Below, one piece after another: positions 10,352 through 20,354 of a stretch of 64,000 bases of DNA. A program made the position numbers and the translations under genes. The notes beneath the pieces are model-generated. The model made no database searches. It was not told the origin of the DNA and was given only the letters and a program-made list of their open reading frames with translations. The stretch is from an uncultured Phycisphaerales bacterium (GTDB lineage: Bacteria > Planctomycetota > Phycisphaerae > Tepidisphaerales > Tepidisphaeraceae), in contig CAVWVQ010000003.1 in NCBI GenBank assembly GCA_963758525.1, positions 3,744,001 through 3,808,000 of the forward strand. Reading direction: 5' to 3'. The stretch's first letter is position 1. Every line of letters begins with the position of its first letter.

Positions 10352-11646
10352 TTCGGCAAATCCTTTGCGGCTGTGGTTTGTGAATCGCGATGCCGTCGCG
10401 CGGCCCGGATCAACCGCAGCAGGCCCGCGAGCCGGCTTCCGATGGTTCTGCCGTGCGACGCCGCGAGTTGTCCGGCGAGAATTGCCGGTGTGTTTCCATT
10501 GGGAGGCATCAGATGCAGCCGGGGACCGCGCCGCCGGGTGCTGATGGTTTTGAGCGTCGTCATTTCCAGGAGCCCCTCGGCTCCGCGCGTCACGCCAAAA
10601 CCGCTTTGTCCGCGCCCGCCAAACGGGAGCCGCGGGTCAGCGGTGGGGACGATCAGGTCGTTGATGACAATCGAACCCACATCCAGTTGCGCGGCAACTT
10701 GGCGCGCGCTTTCGAGTGAGCCGAATATGGACGCGCCCAGACGATAGGGATGAGCATTGGTCTGCTCGATCGCCTCGACTGCACACGTGCGCACGATACT
10801 TTCGAATCCATCCACCTGGCTCAGCAACCGATCCGCGATGGATGCATCGACGAACAGTCTGCGGGGAGCGATGCAACTGTTGCCGCCGTTCAATTCCAAA
10901 CCAAATCGCAAACACCGCGCGGCAAGATCCACATCCGCATCCGCGAGAACGATCGCGCTGTCGCAACCGGAAAGCTCCATCACGCTGGGAATCAGATGCG
11001 GTGCGAGGGTTCGTGCGACGGCACGACCGGTTTCGGCCGATCCCGTGAGGATCACTTTGTCGATTTCGCCCAACCACGGCTCGATCGCCTCGGGAGATTC
11101 ATCGAGCACGATGCACGCCTCCCGCGGAACGCCCACGCCATGAAGCGTTTCCGCGAGCAACATCAGCACCGGGCGCGTGCCGGGCGCGGGTTTGAGCAAA
11201 ACGCGATTGCCGGCAACGAGCGCCTGAATAGCGCCGATGCCAGGGATCATGAGCGGGTAATTGACTGGCCCGATGATCAGGATCGTTCCCAGCGGCTCGT
11301 GGCGTATTTCCGCGTCAACGCCCAAGAGCCAAAACGGTCTGCCACGCCGGCCCAGATATTGGGGACGCAGTGCACGAGGTGCCGCCCTGGCGAGAAAGCG
11401 GCAGGCGTCGGCCAGCGGAATGATTTCCGCGGCCAGCGTCTCTTCTGCCGAAGTCCGAAACGGCAGGCGAATCGCATCGATCCACGGCTGCGGATCGTCC
11501 GCCAGGATGTGGCGCAGTGCGCAGACTCGCGAAATACGTTCCTTCAACGGCACCTGCGCCCAGCCCGGCGCGATGGCATCTGCTGCTTCGTCGCGCTGCT
11601 GCAGCGCGGCGTCGGAGGCGCGAAGTTGAACCGTGCCGTGCGTCAT
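10348..11646 (-). CDS. Aldehyde dehydrogenase, probable diapolycopene-aldehyde oxidase (AldH/CrtNc-like)
   Basis: EPLGTILIIGPVNYP, TGSAETG, MELSG, LPFGGRGQSGFG; lies between two crt desaturases. Confidence 0.82.
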   Translation of the reverse strand: MTHGTVQLRASDAALQQRDEAADAIAPGWAQVPLKERISRVCALRHILADDPQPWIDAIRLPFRTSAEETLAAEIIPLADACRFLARAAPRALRPQYLGRRGRPFWLLGVDAEIRHEPLGTILIIGPVNYPLMIPGIGAIQALVAGNRVLLKPAPGTRPVLMLLAETLHGVGVPREACIVLDESPEAIEPWLGEIDKVILTGSAETGRAVARTLAPHLIPSVMELSGCDSAIVLADADVDLAARCLRFGLELNGGNSCIAPRRLFVDASIADRLLSQVDGFESIVRTCAVEAIEQTNAHPYRLGASIFGSLESARQVAAQLDVGSIVINDLIVPTADPRLPFGGRGQSGFGVTRGAEGLLEMTTLKTISTRRRGPRLHLMPPNGNTPAILAGQLAASHGRTIGSRLAGLLRLIRAARRHRDSQTTAAKDLPK

Positions 11647-13196
11647 GAGTGCGATGGGCTGCTGAATGTCGGAATCAGCTCCATTTCGTCCGGAACGGCC
11701 GCGATATCCGAGGCAACGCCAAAGTCGTTGAGCAGCAACCGGCTGGTGATGCGCGCCGACTCGAAAATGACCGGCAGGCCGCTGCCCGGATGCGTGCCGC
11801 CGCCAACCAGGTAGACTCCTTCGACGCCTTCGAACCGATTCTTGGGGCGAAGGTGCAGCATCTGTCCCAGATTGTGTGCCAGGTTGAACGTCGCCCCGCG
11901 ATAAATTGGCCCGAACCGCGCCCAGTCATCCGGTGTCACCATTTTCTCGAAGACGATGCGTTTTGCGATGTCGCCAAATCCCAGCTTCGGCAGTTGATCA
12001 AGCGCGATCTGGCGAAACCGCGGCGCTTCCAATTCCCAATTGACGTTCGGATGCTGATGCGTCACCGGCACCAGCACATAGATCGTGCTTTGACCCGCCG
12101 GCGCCAGCGAAGGGTCGGTCACGCACGCATTCTGCACGTAGATCGAAGGATCGCGCATCGTCAGCACATGGCGGTCCTGAATGTCCTTCAAATTGTCGTG
12201 ATATTTGTCGGAAAGATAGATCGTGTGATGCGGCAGCGGATAGCGACCTTCAACGCCCAGATAAAGCATGAAGGTCGAACAGGAATACTCCTTGGTCGCC
12301 AGCTTCTCGTTCGACCATTGTTTGCGCAGCGCGTTGGGGATGAGTTTGCTGACGGTTCCGGCAAAATCTGCGTTGATCACAACGGCATCAGCCGAATATG
12401 TCCCTTCGGCAGTGCGCACGCCAGTCGCGCGATGCCCGTCAAAAACGATTTCCTCCACCGGCTCGCGCAGGTGCAGTTGCACATCCATCTCCCCGACAAT
12501 GCGCCCCATGGTTTCACTGACCGCGCTGCATCCGCCGATCGGATGAAACACGCCGTGCTCGTATTCGAGGAACGAAAGAATCGAAAAGAGGCTCGGGCAC
12601 TTGTACGGCGACATCCCCAGATATTTCGATTGAAACGAGAACGCCAGCCGAATCCGCTCATCCTTGAAGTATCGCCCCAACTCCCGGTCCAGGGAGTTCC
12701 ACGGTCGAAGCGTCGGCAGCAACTTCATCATGCGCAGGCTCAGGACGTCGCGCAGGCTCAGGAATGGCGACTCCAGGCATGGCTTGAACAACGCCAGTTT
12801 GCGCCGGTTCTCGCTCATAAATCGATCGATCGCGGCGGCGTCCTCAGGCGAGATCTTCGCCACCGCCGCTTTCATGCGCTCCAGGTCGGGGGTGGCGAGC
12901 AATTCGCCTCCGCCGCTGCCAAACATGACGCGGTATTGCGGATCGAGCTTGATGAACTCGATGTCGCGATCCAGGTCACGGCCGACGGACTTGAAGATCG
13001 AGCGAAGGACGTGAGGGTAGAGGAAAAACGTTGGTCCGACATCGAATCGGAAACCATTGGCTTCGATGGCCGACGTGCGTCCCCCGACGCGCGCATGACG
13101 CTCGAAAATATGCACTTTCAGACCCGCGCCAGCAAGCAGCATGGCTGTAGCCAGGCCGCCGGGCCCAGCGCCGATGACAATCACCTCACGAGCCAT
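11643..13196 (-). CDS. crtN: Phytoene/diapophytoene desaturase (CrtN/CrtI family)
   Basis: VIGAGPGGLA, FDVGPTFFL, FQSKYLGMSP, GGGTHPGSGLPVI. Confidence 0.8.
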   Translation of the reverse strand: MAREVIVIGAGPGGLATAMLLAGAGLKVHIFERHARVGGRTSAIEANGFRFDVGPTFFLYPHVLRSIFKSVGRDLDRDIEFIKLDPQYRVMFGSGGGELLATPDLERMKAAVAKISPEDAAAIDRFMSENRRKLALFKPCLESPFLSLRDVLSLRMMKLLPTLRPWNSLDRELGRYFKDERIRLAFSFQSKYLGMSPYKCPSLFSILSFLEYEHGVFHPIGGCSAVSETMGRIVGEMDVQLHLREPVEEIVFDGHRATGVRTAEGTYSADAVVINADFAGTVSKLIPNALRKQWSNEKLATKEYSCSTFMLYLGVEGRYPLPHHTIYLSDKYHDNLKDIQDRHVLTMRDPSIYVQNACVTDPSLAPAGQSTIYVLVPVTHQHPNVNWELEAPRFRQIALDQLPKLGFGDIAKRIVFEKMVTPDDWARFGPIYRGATFNLAHNLGQMLHLRPKNRFEGVEGVYLVGGGTHPGSGLPVIFESARITSRLLLNDFGVASDIAAVPDEMELIPTFSSPSHS

Positions 13197-13310
13197 CCAT
13201 TCCGTCCCTTTCTGGAGATGAAAATTTGACCCGGGAAGCGAAATTTCCCGGTCCTCGCATCGCATGGCATTCTAGGCATGTGTCGCGGCGGATGCATCTC
13301 AGGTCGGCTT

Positions 13311-13994
13311 TCAGAATTTTTCACGCGGGCACGGCAGCGCAATCACCGAATCTCCCGCGATCGCGAAGATGCGGCGGGCCTGCTGTGCCGGCATGTGGCA
13401 TCCACCGGTAAACGAACCAAACGCGGGCAATATTCCCACCTGTTCGTCAAAGACAAAGCACGGGACGCGCACGCTGGAGCCGTCAAAATCGCGCAACGCG
13501 CAGACGGGATGGATGTGGCCGCCCAACAGGGGCCGGCAATTGGGAATGTCGGGGAAATGCGAAAGGAACAATCCGTCGACCTCCAGAGGACCGGCCACTT
13601 CCTCAAACTTCCATTCGTCAGGGCAGGCGCCCGCGCTGCGGTCATGATTGCCGCGAATCAGCAGCATCTCGATATTGCCATGCGATCGCCGCCACTGGCA
13701 AATGGCTTCCATGATCTGCGGATGGCGCCCGCTGCGTGCATGGAGAAAGTCGCCAAGGATGATCATCCGGCGGGCCCCGGTGAGTGCCAGCACGCGCGAA
13801 AGACGCTCCAGATCTTTGCGGCTGCTCCCGGCGGGCACCGGAACTCCCGCGCTGCGGAAAGCCGCGCCTTTGCCCAGATGAACGTCCGTGACGATCACGC
13901 TTTGCCGCGCCGGCCACCAGATCGCGGGACCGGCGAGCAGCTCAAAGCGGTGCGACGCAAAATCCACCGCGATTCTCGACTTCTCTCGGATCAT
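13311..13994 (-). CDS. pdeM: Ligase-associated DNA damage response metallophosphoesterase/endonuclease
   Basis: DVHLGK, LGDFLH, GNHD, GHIHP, LPAFGSFTGG. Confidence 0.88.
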   Translation of the reverse strand: MIREKSRIAVDFASHRFELLAGPAIWWPARQSVIVTDVHLGKGAAFRSAGVPVPAGSSRKDLERLSRVLALTGARRMIILGDFLHARSGRHPQIMEAICQWRRSHGNIEMLLIRGNHDRSAGACPDEWKFEEVAGPLEVDGLFLSHFPDIPNCRPLLGGHIHPVCALRDFDGSSVRVPCFVFDEQVGILPAFGSFTGGCHMPAQQARRIFAIAGDSVIALPCPREKF

Positions 13995-16562
13995 CCGTTG
14001 AATCCTGTTTCATCGCCGCCGCCTCCAGCTCGCGGGCCAGGCGCTCAATCCTCTGCGTCGGGTTCTCCGATCGCAACTGCTGCGATGCGATGCGCTCGGC
14101 AAACAGCGGAAACGCCAGCGGAGTCACCTTCGCGGGCGAAGTCATGACGAGTTGCTCAGCAGCCAGTTGCAGCAGGGCCGACTGAAGACGGGTGAATTCG
14201 AGTTGACGCGTCAGCACTTCCTGCCGAGCCTGAATCAGCAGAAGATTCTCCGGGTCGAATTCCTTGAAGACATCATAGAACAACCCGCTGGAGGCTTGCA
14301 GCGCCCTGACGCTTCGCGGCGCGCCGGGCCGGGTGGGAACCAGCAGCCCCGCGATGCGCGCGATCTCGCGGAAGTGCCGCCGCGCCGATTCGCCCGTGTT
14401 GACGCATTCGGAAACATCCTCCAGCAGATTCGCCGGCGAGAGAACCTCGCGCCAATCCGGCTCTGATTCTGCCAGGGGCCGCTGCGAAAGCAGTTCGAGT
14501 CCGTAATCGTTAAATGTCGCGGTGATGGGAGAAAGACGGCGGCGCGCAAAACGATGCGTGATCAGCGCCGCAAGTCCTTCGTGAACAAGACGTCCCTGAA
14601 ACGGATACAAAAAGTGATGGTGCCCGTCGCGGCTGGTGACGGATTCGACCAGAAGCTGTGCCCGTCGCGGAATGACCGACCATCGCTGCTGCAGTTCAAG
14701 GATGGGGCGAACGTGCTGCATTTCCGCGTCGACAAAGCGATGCTCGGCTGCTTCGTCGAGCCGAACGCGAACCGACTCGGCCAGGCTTCCCGACATAGCC
14801 ATCTTCCCGCCCAACCATTTCGGGACGGTCCCGCGCTTTGACTTGGAGGGTTTCACCTGCAGCGTCATCTCGTGCATCCGGACCGTTTGCAGCGTTCGGC
14901 CCGCGAAGTTGAACAGGTCGCCGGGGCGCAGCCTGCTGGCAAAAGATTCCTCCACGCTGCCCAGATATTTCCCACGGACGAACTTCACGTTGACCGCGCC
15001 GTCGGCGGTGATCGTCCCGATATTCATGCGATGCATGCGCGCCAGTTGCGGCGATGCAGCGACCCACTTGCCATTTTCCTCAATGATCCGAGCGAAACGC
15101 GGGTAGGCCGCCAGGCTCTGCCCGCCGCGTCTGGCAAAGTCCATGACCCACTGCCAGTGCAGATCAGTCAGAGCCGCAAAAGCGTTCGTCGATCGCACCT
15201 CGGCAAGAAGCTCGCGGTCATCAAATCCGCCGCCCGCGGCCACTGTCACCACATGTTGCGCCAGAACATCCAGCGCCAGCGTTACCGGCTCGCGCAGTTC
15301 GACCGCGCGGCGATCCACCGCGCGTCGCACCGCTGAAAACTCAACCAGCTCAAACGCCTGTGTCGGCACGCAAACAATCTTGCTCGTCGCGCCCGGCTGA
15401 TGTCCGCTGCGCCCGGCCCGCTGAATCGCGCGGGCGATATTCTTGGGGCTTCCAATCTGAATGACCTGATCAACCGGCCAGAAATCCACGCCCAGATCGA
15501 GGCTCGAAGTGCAGACCACCGCGCGCAGTTGTCCTTCACGCAGCATCTGCTCGACGCTCGATCGAAGCTTGCGGTCCAGCGAGCCATGGTGCAACGCGAT
15601 CTTTCCCAGCCAGTCCGGCGCGCCTGCATCACTGCGCGGAACCACATCTCGCTCTGCGACCTTGTGTTGGTAAAGACCAGCGTGCTGCCGGCCGACTCGA
15701 TCAACTGGATCACAGGTTCGACCATCCGCGTCCCAAGGTGGCCGGCCCAGGGAAACCGCTCGATCCGCGCTGGGAGAACGCTGTCGACAAAGATCGGCTT
15801 TGTGTCTGGCGCAATAATGGATCTGGCGTTTGGGGCTGCGACAGGGCCGACCAGCGCCGCAAGCGCTTCGTGTCGATTGGCGATCGTGGCGCTCAAACCC
15901 CAGGTGCGCGTCGCCGGCGAAAAGCGGCGCAGCCTCGCCAGCGCCAGCTCGGCTTGCACGCCGCGTTTGGTGCCGATCAGTTCGTGCCATTCATCGACGA
16001 TCGCACAGCGCAGCGTTTGCAGTCGTGCCGGCGAATCGTCGTACGAAAGCAGCAATGAAGCGCTTTCCGGCGTAGTGACGAGAATCGTCGGAAGCCGCTC
16101 CTTCTGACGCCGGCGGAGCGCGGCAGATGTATCTGATGTCCGCAGCTCCACGCTCCAGGGAAGTTGCAGTCCCTCCACCGCCAATTGCAATGCGCCAACC
16201 GTGTCAGCGGCAAGCGCCCGCAGCGGCGTGATCCAGATCATTGTGAGCGGCGCGGTGCGCGGCACTCTACGCCGACTTCTCGCGTCTCCTCTTTCCCCCT
16301 CCCCCGGAGTACCAGGGGAGGGGATTTGAGTGCCAGCCGCTCTCAGCGTCGACTCGGAGGATGACGCGTCGAGGAACTCGATCATCGGCCCCAGCGCCGC
16401 GGCCAATGTTTTGCCAATGCCCGTCGGCGCTTGAATCAATCCGTCGCGCCCGGCGAGATATTCATTCCAAGTGTCCCGCTGAAAATCGAAGGGCACCCTG
16501 CCTTGCGCAGCAAACCAGTGCTCGACCTGCGCAGTTCCAGAGACGGCCGCCCGCTTGCTCAT
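13942..16562 (-). CDS. Ligase-associated DEXH helicase (Lhr-core); frameshift near 15618
   Basis: APTGIGKT, ITPLRAL, DEWH, SAT in ORF 15282..16562; HHGSLD, TSSLDLGVDF, QRAGRSGH in ORF 13942..15990. Confidence 0.88.
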
Positions 16563-18175
16563 CGCGCCTCCACGGTCTGCAGTAACGCAAACACCGATTG
16601 CAGCGTGTCAGCCTCTCGCGGCTTCTTGTCCTGACGCATGCGGAGGATTCGCGGGAATCGCAACGCAACACCCGACTTGTGCCGGTCGGATCGACGGATC
16701 GCTTCAAAGCCGATCTCGAAGACGAGTCGGGGCTCGATGATATGCACAGGTCCGAATCGGGCGGTGGTGTATCTTCGCGCGAAGCGATCGACACGGACGA
16801 TCTCGTCATCGGTGAGCCCGCTGTAGGCCTTGGCGACAGTGACCAGCTCATCCCCGGACCAAACGCCAAATGAATAATCGGTCAGCAGCCCCGCCCGCCG
16901 GCCGCGTCCAGGCTCGGCGGCGATGAGGACGGCGTCGAGCGTGAACGGTTCAATCTTCAATTTCCACCACAACCCGGCCGGCCGGCCCGCGCGATACGTC
17001 GAGTCGGCGCGTTTCAGCATCACACCTTCAACGCCACGCTCGCGCGACGCGTCGATCAGCGCTTGAAGCTCATCCCATTCCTGGAAATCGATGATCGGAG
17101 ACAGCGCAATGCACGAATCGCCGGGCACCGCCGCGAGGCGCGCTGCCAGCGCACCGCGCCGGAATTCGAGCGGATCTCGGCGAAGATCGCGGCTGTCGAG
17201 CTCAAGGAGATCGAAGGCCACGAATCGAACCGGGACGTCAGGCCAGAAGCTCGGCTCGTGCTGCTTGCGATTGAGGCGCGTCTGCAGATCAGAAAAAGCC
17301 ATCGGCCGATTGTCAGCAGCGTTCCATCCGACAATCTCTCCATCAATCACAATCCCGTCAGGCAGGTCGGATGCGCACTGAAGAATTTCGGGAAACGCTC
17401 CCCCGATCATTTCATCGCCGCGCGACCAGAGCGCGGTCTTGCCTTGTCGGCGGACGATCTGGGCGCGAATGCCGTCCCATTTCCACTCGATGAGCCAATC
17501 CGTCCGCGACCCCAGCGTTTGAGGCGCGGCATCCAGGGCATGGGCGAGCATGAAGGGATATGGCAGACACGCATCGCCGCAGGGCTCGGCATCGGCGGGG
17601 GAGAGCAGCCGCGCGAACGAGTGCTCGCCGGGCGTCCAGTTTCCCGCCAGCCGATGGGCGATCACCGCCGGCTCCACTTCCGCTAGCTCGGCGATTGCGC
17701 GAACGAGAAGCTGCTTTGAAACTCCGACGCGGAAGCTCCCTCCCAGCAGCTTGTGAAAGACCAGCCGCTGATCGACATCCAGCCGTAGCCAGGCTTGCGC
17801 CATGGTTTCCTGCTGTGCGGACGGTGACATGTGCGGCAGGGGGCGGACGGTCCTTTCGATCAGCTCATGCAGCGGCGGCGGCGATTCGCCTTCGGCTGCG
17901 CTGCCGGTGAGGAGCGCAAGTGTCTCCGAAAGATCGCCGACGAGCTGATGGCACTCGTCGACGAGCCAGGGGGGATGGCCGCTCGCGTCTGCGGCCCACC
18001 GCCGCAGCAATTTGCCCGCAATCCGCCTGCCGATCTTTCGGCCCGAAAGCAGGAACACCGCCCAGGCCGCATCGGGGGCGGGAGCGCTGCGGAAGTAAGC
18101 GACCAGTGCCTCGACCTTGTCCGCGGTGCGTGTGGTCTGGTCCAACGCAAGGTACAGATCCGTAAAGCGCTTCAC
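16559..18175 (-). CDS. ATP-dependent DNA ligase
   Basis: EWKWDGIR, DGEI, AFDLL, EGVMLK, WWKLK, LRFPRI. Confidence 0.93.
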   Translation of the reverse strand: MKRFTDLYLALDQTTRTADKVEALVAYFRSAPAPDAAWAVFLLSGRKIGRRIAGKLLRRWAADASGHPPWLVDECHQLVGDLSETLALLTGSAAEGESPPPLHELIERTVRPLPHMSPSAQQETMAQAWLRLDVDQRLVFHKLLGGSFRVGVSKQLLVRAIAELAEVEPAVIAHRLAGNWTPGEHSFARLLSPADAEPCGDACLPYPFMLAHALDAAPQTLGSRTDWLIEWKWDGIRAQIVRRQGKTALWSRGDEMIGGAFPEILQCASDLPDGIVIDGEIVGWNAADNRPMAFSDLQTRLNRKQHEPSFWPDVPVRFVAFDLLELDSRDLRRDPLEFRRGALAARLAAVPGDSCIALSPIIDFQEWDELQALIDASRERGVEGVMLKRADSTYRAGRPAGLWWKLKIEPFTLDAVLIAAEPGRGRRAGLLTDYSFGVWSGDELVTVAKAYSGLTDDEIVRVDRFARRYTTARFGPVHIIEPRLVFEIGFEAIRRSDRHKSGVALRFPRILRMRQDKKPREADTLQSVFALLQTVEAR

Positions 18176-19248
18176 GAATCTTCCCTCCGCGCAAATTCCA
18201 ACTCGGCGCCGGCCGGCAACGCTGCATCTTCTTCGCCCGAAGCGGGATCGACTTCTCCCTCTTCACCCTTGAAGCGTGTTTTGAAGGCAGCGGCGTCCAT
18301 CCCGCGCTCCCGCAGCAGGCGCACGAGCGGATCGGTGAAGCCGTGCGTGGCGATGACATGCTCCGCGCCGGTTTCCGCGATCGTCGAAAGCAGTTGCGGA
18401 AAGTCCGCATGATCCGAAAGCACAAATCCGCGATCTGCGCCTCCCCGCCGACGGAACCCGCGCACCTGCATCCAGCCGGATGCGACGCCCGTCGCAACCG
18501 GCGCAAATTTCCGCAGCCAGACCGAATGGAGCGCCGAGGGCGGCGCGATGACCATGGCACGGCCGCGATGCACTTTGGCGGCCTCCGCGCTCGCGTAGTG
18601 CGTCGGCGGCAGCTCGACGCCGGTTTGACGATAGGCGTTGGTGACCGCATCGACCGCGCCATGCAGGAGGATCGGGCCGATCGACGGATCCAGCCCGCCC
18701 AGCAGTCGCTCCGCTTTGCCGAGTGAGTAAGCGAACAGCGCGCTGGTCCGCCCGGCGGCGATATTATCCCGCCACCATTGGTTGACATCCTCCATCACGA
18801 GCTTCGGGTCGTTCCAATGGAAAATCGGCAGGCCGAACGTGCACTCGGTGATGAACGTGTGACAGCGAACCAGCTCAAAGCCCCGGCAGGTGACATCCGC
18901 ATGGCGTTTGTAGTCGCCGGTAAAAACCCAGACCTCGCCGCGATGCTCGATACGCACCTGCGCCGAGCCGAGGACATGGCCCGCGGGGTGGAGCGAGACA
19001 TGCACGCCGTTGATATCAATAACTTGCTGATAATGCAGCGCGTCGACGACGATGTCGCTGCCGAGACGCTGGCGAAGCAGTGCCGCGCCGTCGGCGGGGC
19101 AGAGGTATCGCTGCGAGCCGCGGCGAGCGTGGTCGGAGTGCGCGTGGGTGACGATGTTGCGTGGGACGTCGCCCCAGGCGTCTATGTAAAAATCGCCGGC
19201 CGAGCAGAAGAGTCCTCGACCGGTGTTGACGATCAGCGGTTCCGACAT
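18172..19248 (-). CDS. Ligase-associated DNA damage response exonuclease (MBL/beta-CASP)
   Basis: THAHSDHA, AGHVLGSAQV, TGDYK, ECTFG, LSDHAD. Confidence 0.9.
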   Translation of the reverse strand: MSEPLIVNTGRGLFCSAGDFYIDAWGDVPRNIVTHAHSDHARRGSQRYLCPADGAALLRQRLGSDIVVDALHYQQVIDINGVHVSLHPAGHVLGSAQVRIEHRGEVWVFTGDYKRHADVTCRGFELVRCHTFITECTFGLPIFHWNDPKLVMEDVNQWWRDNIAAGRTSALFAYSLGKAERLLGGLDPSIGPILLHGAVDAVTNAYRQTGVELPPTHYASAEAAKVHRGRAMVIAPPSALHSVWLRKFAPVATGVASGWMQVRGFRRRGGADRGFVLSDHADFPQLLSTIAETGAEHVIATHGFTDPLVRLLRERGMDAAAFKTRFKGEEGEVDPASGEEDAALPAGAELEFARREDS

Positions 19249-19308
19249 CGCCGAATCTTAGGCAGTTCGGCGCGCTCGGGGTGCGCGCGGTCGCTGCTGC
19301 GCGCTGCT

Positions 19309-19467
19309 CCCTCTCCCGGTACGCCGGGAGAGGGCTGGGGTGAGGGTGATTTGGAGAGCGAGAGGTCTCTGTTTGATGGGAAGAGCGATCATCGCCCGAG
19401 ACGAGAGTCCTTTCACGTTCGAAATCACCCTCACCCCAACCCTCTCCCGGAGTACCGGGAGAGGGGG
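19309..19467. repeat. Inverted pair of CCCTCTCCCGG-N4-CCGGGAGAGGG REP-like elements (other family copies at ~8788, 16295, 36890, 36969, 62651)
   Basis: ccctctcccggtacgccgggagagggctggggtgagggtgatt ... aatcaccctcaccccaaccctctcccggagtaccgggagaggg. Confidence 0.85.
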
Positions 19468-19534
19468 CAGGACGCGGCGTTGGTCGTGCATCGGTGCAGG
19501 CGTCGGCCCTCAACAGAAACCGGAGAGTTCTATA

Positions 19535-19606
19535 TGTAGGGCGGGATTCATCCCGCCGCTTCTTTTGTCTACGGCAAAATCGTGGCGGGATGAATCCCGC
19601 CCTACA
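19535..19606. repeat. Inverted pair of GTAG-type REP elements (second pair at 39391-39456)
   Basis: tgtagggcgggattcatcccgcc ... ggcgggatgaatcccgccctaca. Confidence 0.85.
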
Positions 19607-19658
19607 TTCGAGAATGTTCTTCACGCAAAGATTTTCTTCTTGATTTTATAATTTTTCA

Positions 19659-19685
19659 TGCAACAATTCAGGTCTAATCGGCGTT
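19659..19685 (+). promoter_or_regulatory. Putative ECF-sigma promoter of the tRNA array
   Basis: TGCAAC-N17-CGTT downstream of an AT-rich tract, just upstream of the leader SD. Confidence 0.45.
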
Positions 19686-19703
19686 ATGTCGATGGAGAGA
19701 CCT

Positions 19704-19787
19704 ATGCGGCACTTGAGTTCATCTAAGTTTAACGGTTGCCAACCAGAGCGACTCGCATCAAACCGAGCCGAACTGGTCAACTTATAA
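19704..19787 (+). CDS. Putative 27-aa leader peptide MRHLSSSKFNGCQPERLASNRAELVNL
   Basis: SD GGAG at 19694; many A/T-ending codons; followed directly by alternative hairpins. Confidence 0.5.
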   Translation: MRHLSSSKFNGCQPERLASNRAELVNL

Positions 19788-19856
19788 CTCCTCGCCGCCG
19801 CCGGCCGGGAGTTCTTCCCGGTCGAAAGTAATATTTCATAGAACCGGGAAGCAATT

Positions 19857-19930
19857 GGGCGTTCAGCTCATTTTGCTGGAACACCTCTCTTACAAAGAGG
19901 AGGTCCGTGATTTGAGCGGCCGTTGGCCCG
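19857..19930 (+). pseudogene. Degenerate tRNA-Val(TAC)
   Basis: Anticodon arm cctct-ctTACaa-agagg intact; T-arm and acceptor stem decayed. Confidence 0.55.
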
Positions 19931-20010
19931 GGAATCTCGCGGTTCCGAGGCGTATTGCGCGGCCAGGTGATTGTATTCACTATGGACGCATTACAAAGGC
20001 AGCGGTCCGC

Positions 20011-20081
20011 GCACTCGTAGCTCAATGCAGAGTCGCCGGCTCTTAACCGGTCGGGTGCAGGTTCAAATCCTGCCGGGTGCA
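20011..20081 (+). tRNA. tRNA-Lys(CTT)
   Basis: gcactcg/cgggtgc acceptor, gccgg-ctCTTaa-ccggt, GGTTCAAATCC. Confidence 0.88.
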
Positions 20082-20102
20082 TGAATTGAGAAACTATGGA
20101 AC

Positions 20103-20176
20103 GGTTCAGTAGCCCAACTGGCAGAGGCGCCTGACTCAGAATCAGGATGGTGCAGGTTCGAATCCTGCCTGGACCA
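20103..20176 (+). tRNA. tRNA-Leu(CAG) with short variable loop
   Basis: ggttcag/ctggacc, cctga-ctCAGaa-tcagg, GGTTCGAATCC; 74 nt. Confidence 0.82.
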
Positions 20177-20190
20177 TGAAGCGGTACAAC

Positions 20191-20263
20191 GTCGCGGCAG
20201 CTCGATTGGACGAGCACGGCCCTCCGAAGGCCATGGCTGAAGGTTCGAATCCTTCCCGTGACA
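20191..20263 (+). tRNA. tRNA-Arg(CCG)
   Basis: gtcgcgg/ccgtgac, ggcc-ctCCGaa-ggcc, GGTTCGAATCC. Confidence 0.82.
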
Positions 20264-20277
20264 TGGAAAAGAACATT

Positions 20278-20349
20278 GGGCCCGTCGTCCAACGGTAAGA
20301 CTCCTGGCCTGCAACCAGGAAATGAGGGTTCAACTCCCTCCGGGGTCCA
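20278..20349 (+). tRNA. tRNA-Ala(TGC), atypical (C33, one extra nt)
   Basis: cctgg-ccTGCaa-ccagg; G3:U70 pair and A73. Confidence 0.7.
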
Positions 20350-20354
20350 TGAGT

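Noticed and set aside
15600..15630. Programmed frameshifting or true pseudogenes at the split genes
   Set aside because: No slippery heptamers, no further decay, and the same CG context in unrelated genes, so sequencing error is more parsimonious
20130..20146. Reading the loop CTCAGAA as a UCA (Sec/opal suppressor) anticodon
   Set aside because: The 5-bp stem cctga/tcagg centres CAG at positions 34-36, and there are no tRNA-Sec features
20304..20320. tRNA-Cys(GCA) reading of the 20278 gene
   Set aside because: The 7-nt loop centres TGC, and the acceptor has G3:U70 with A73 (Ala identity)
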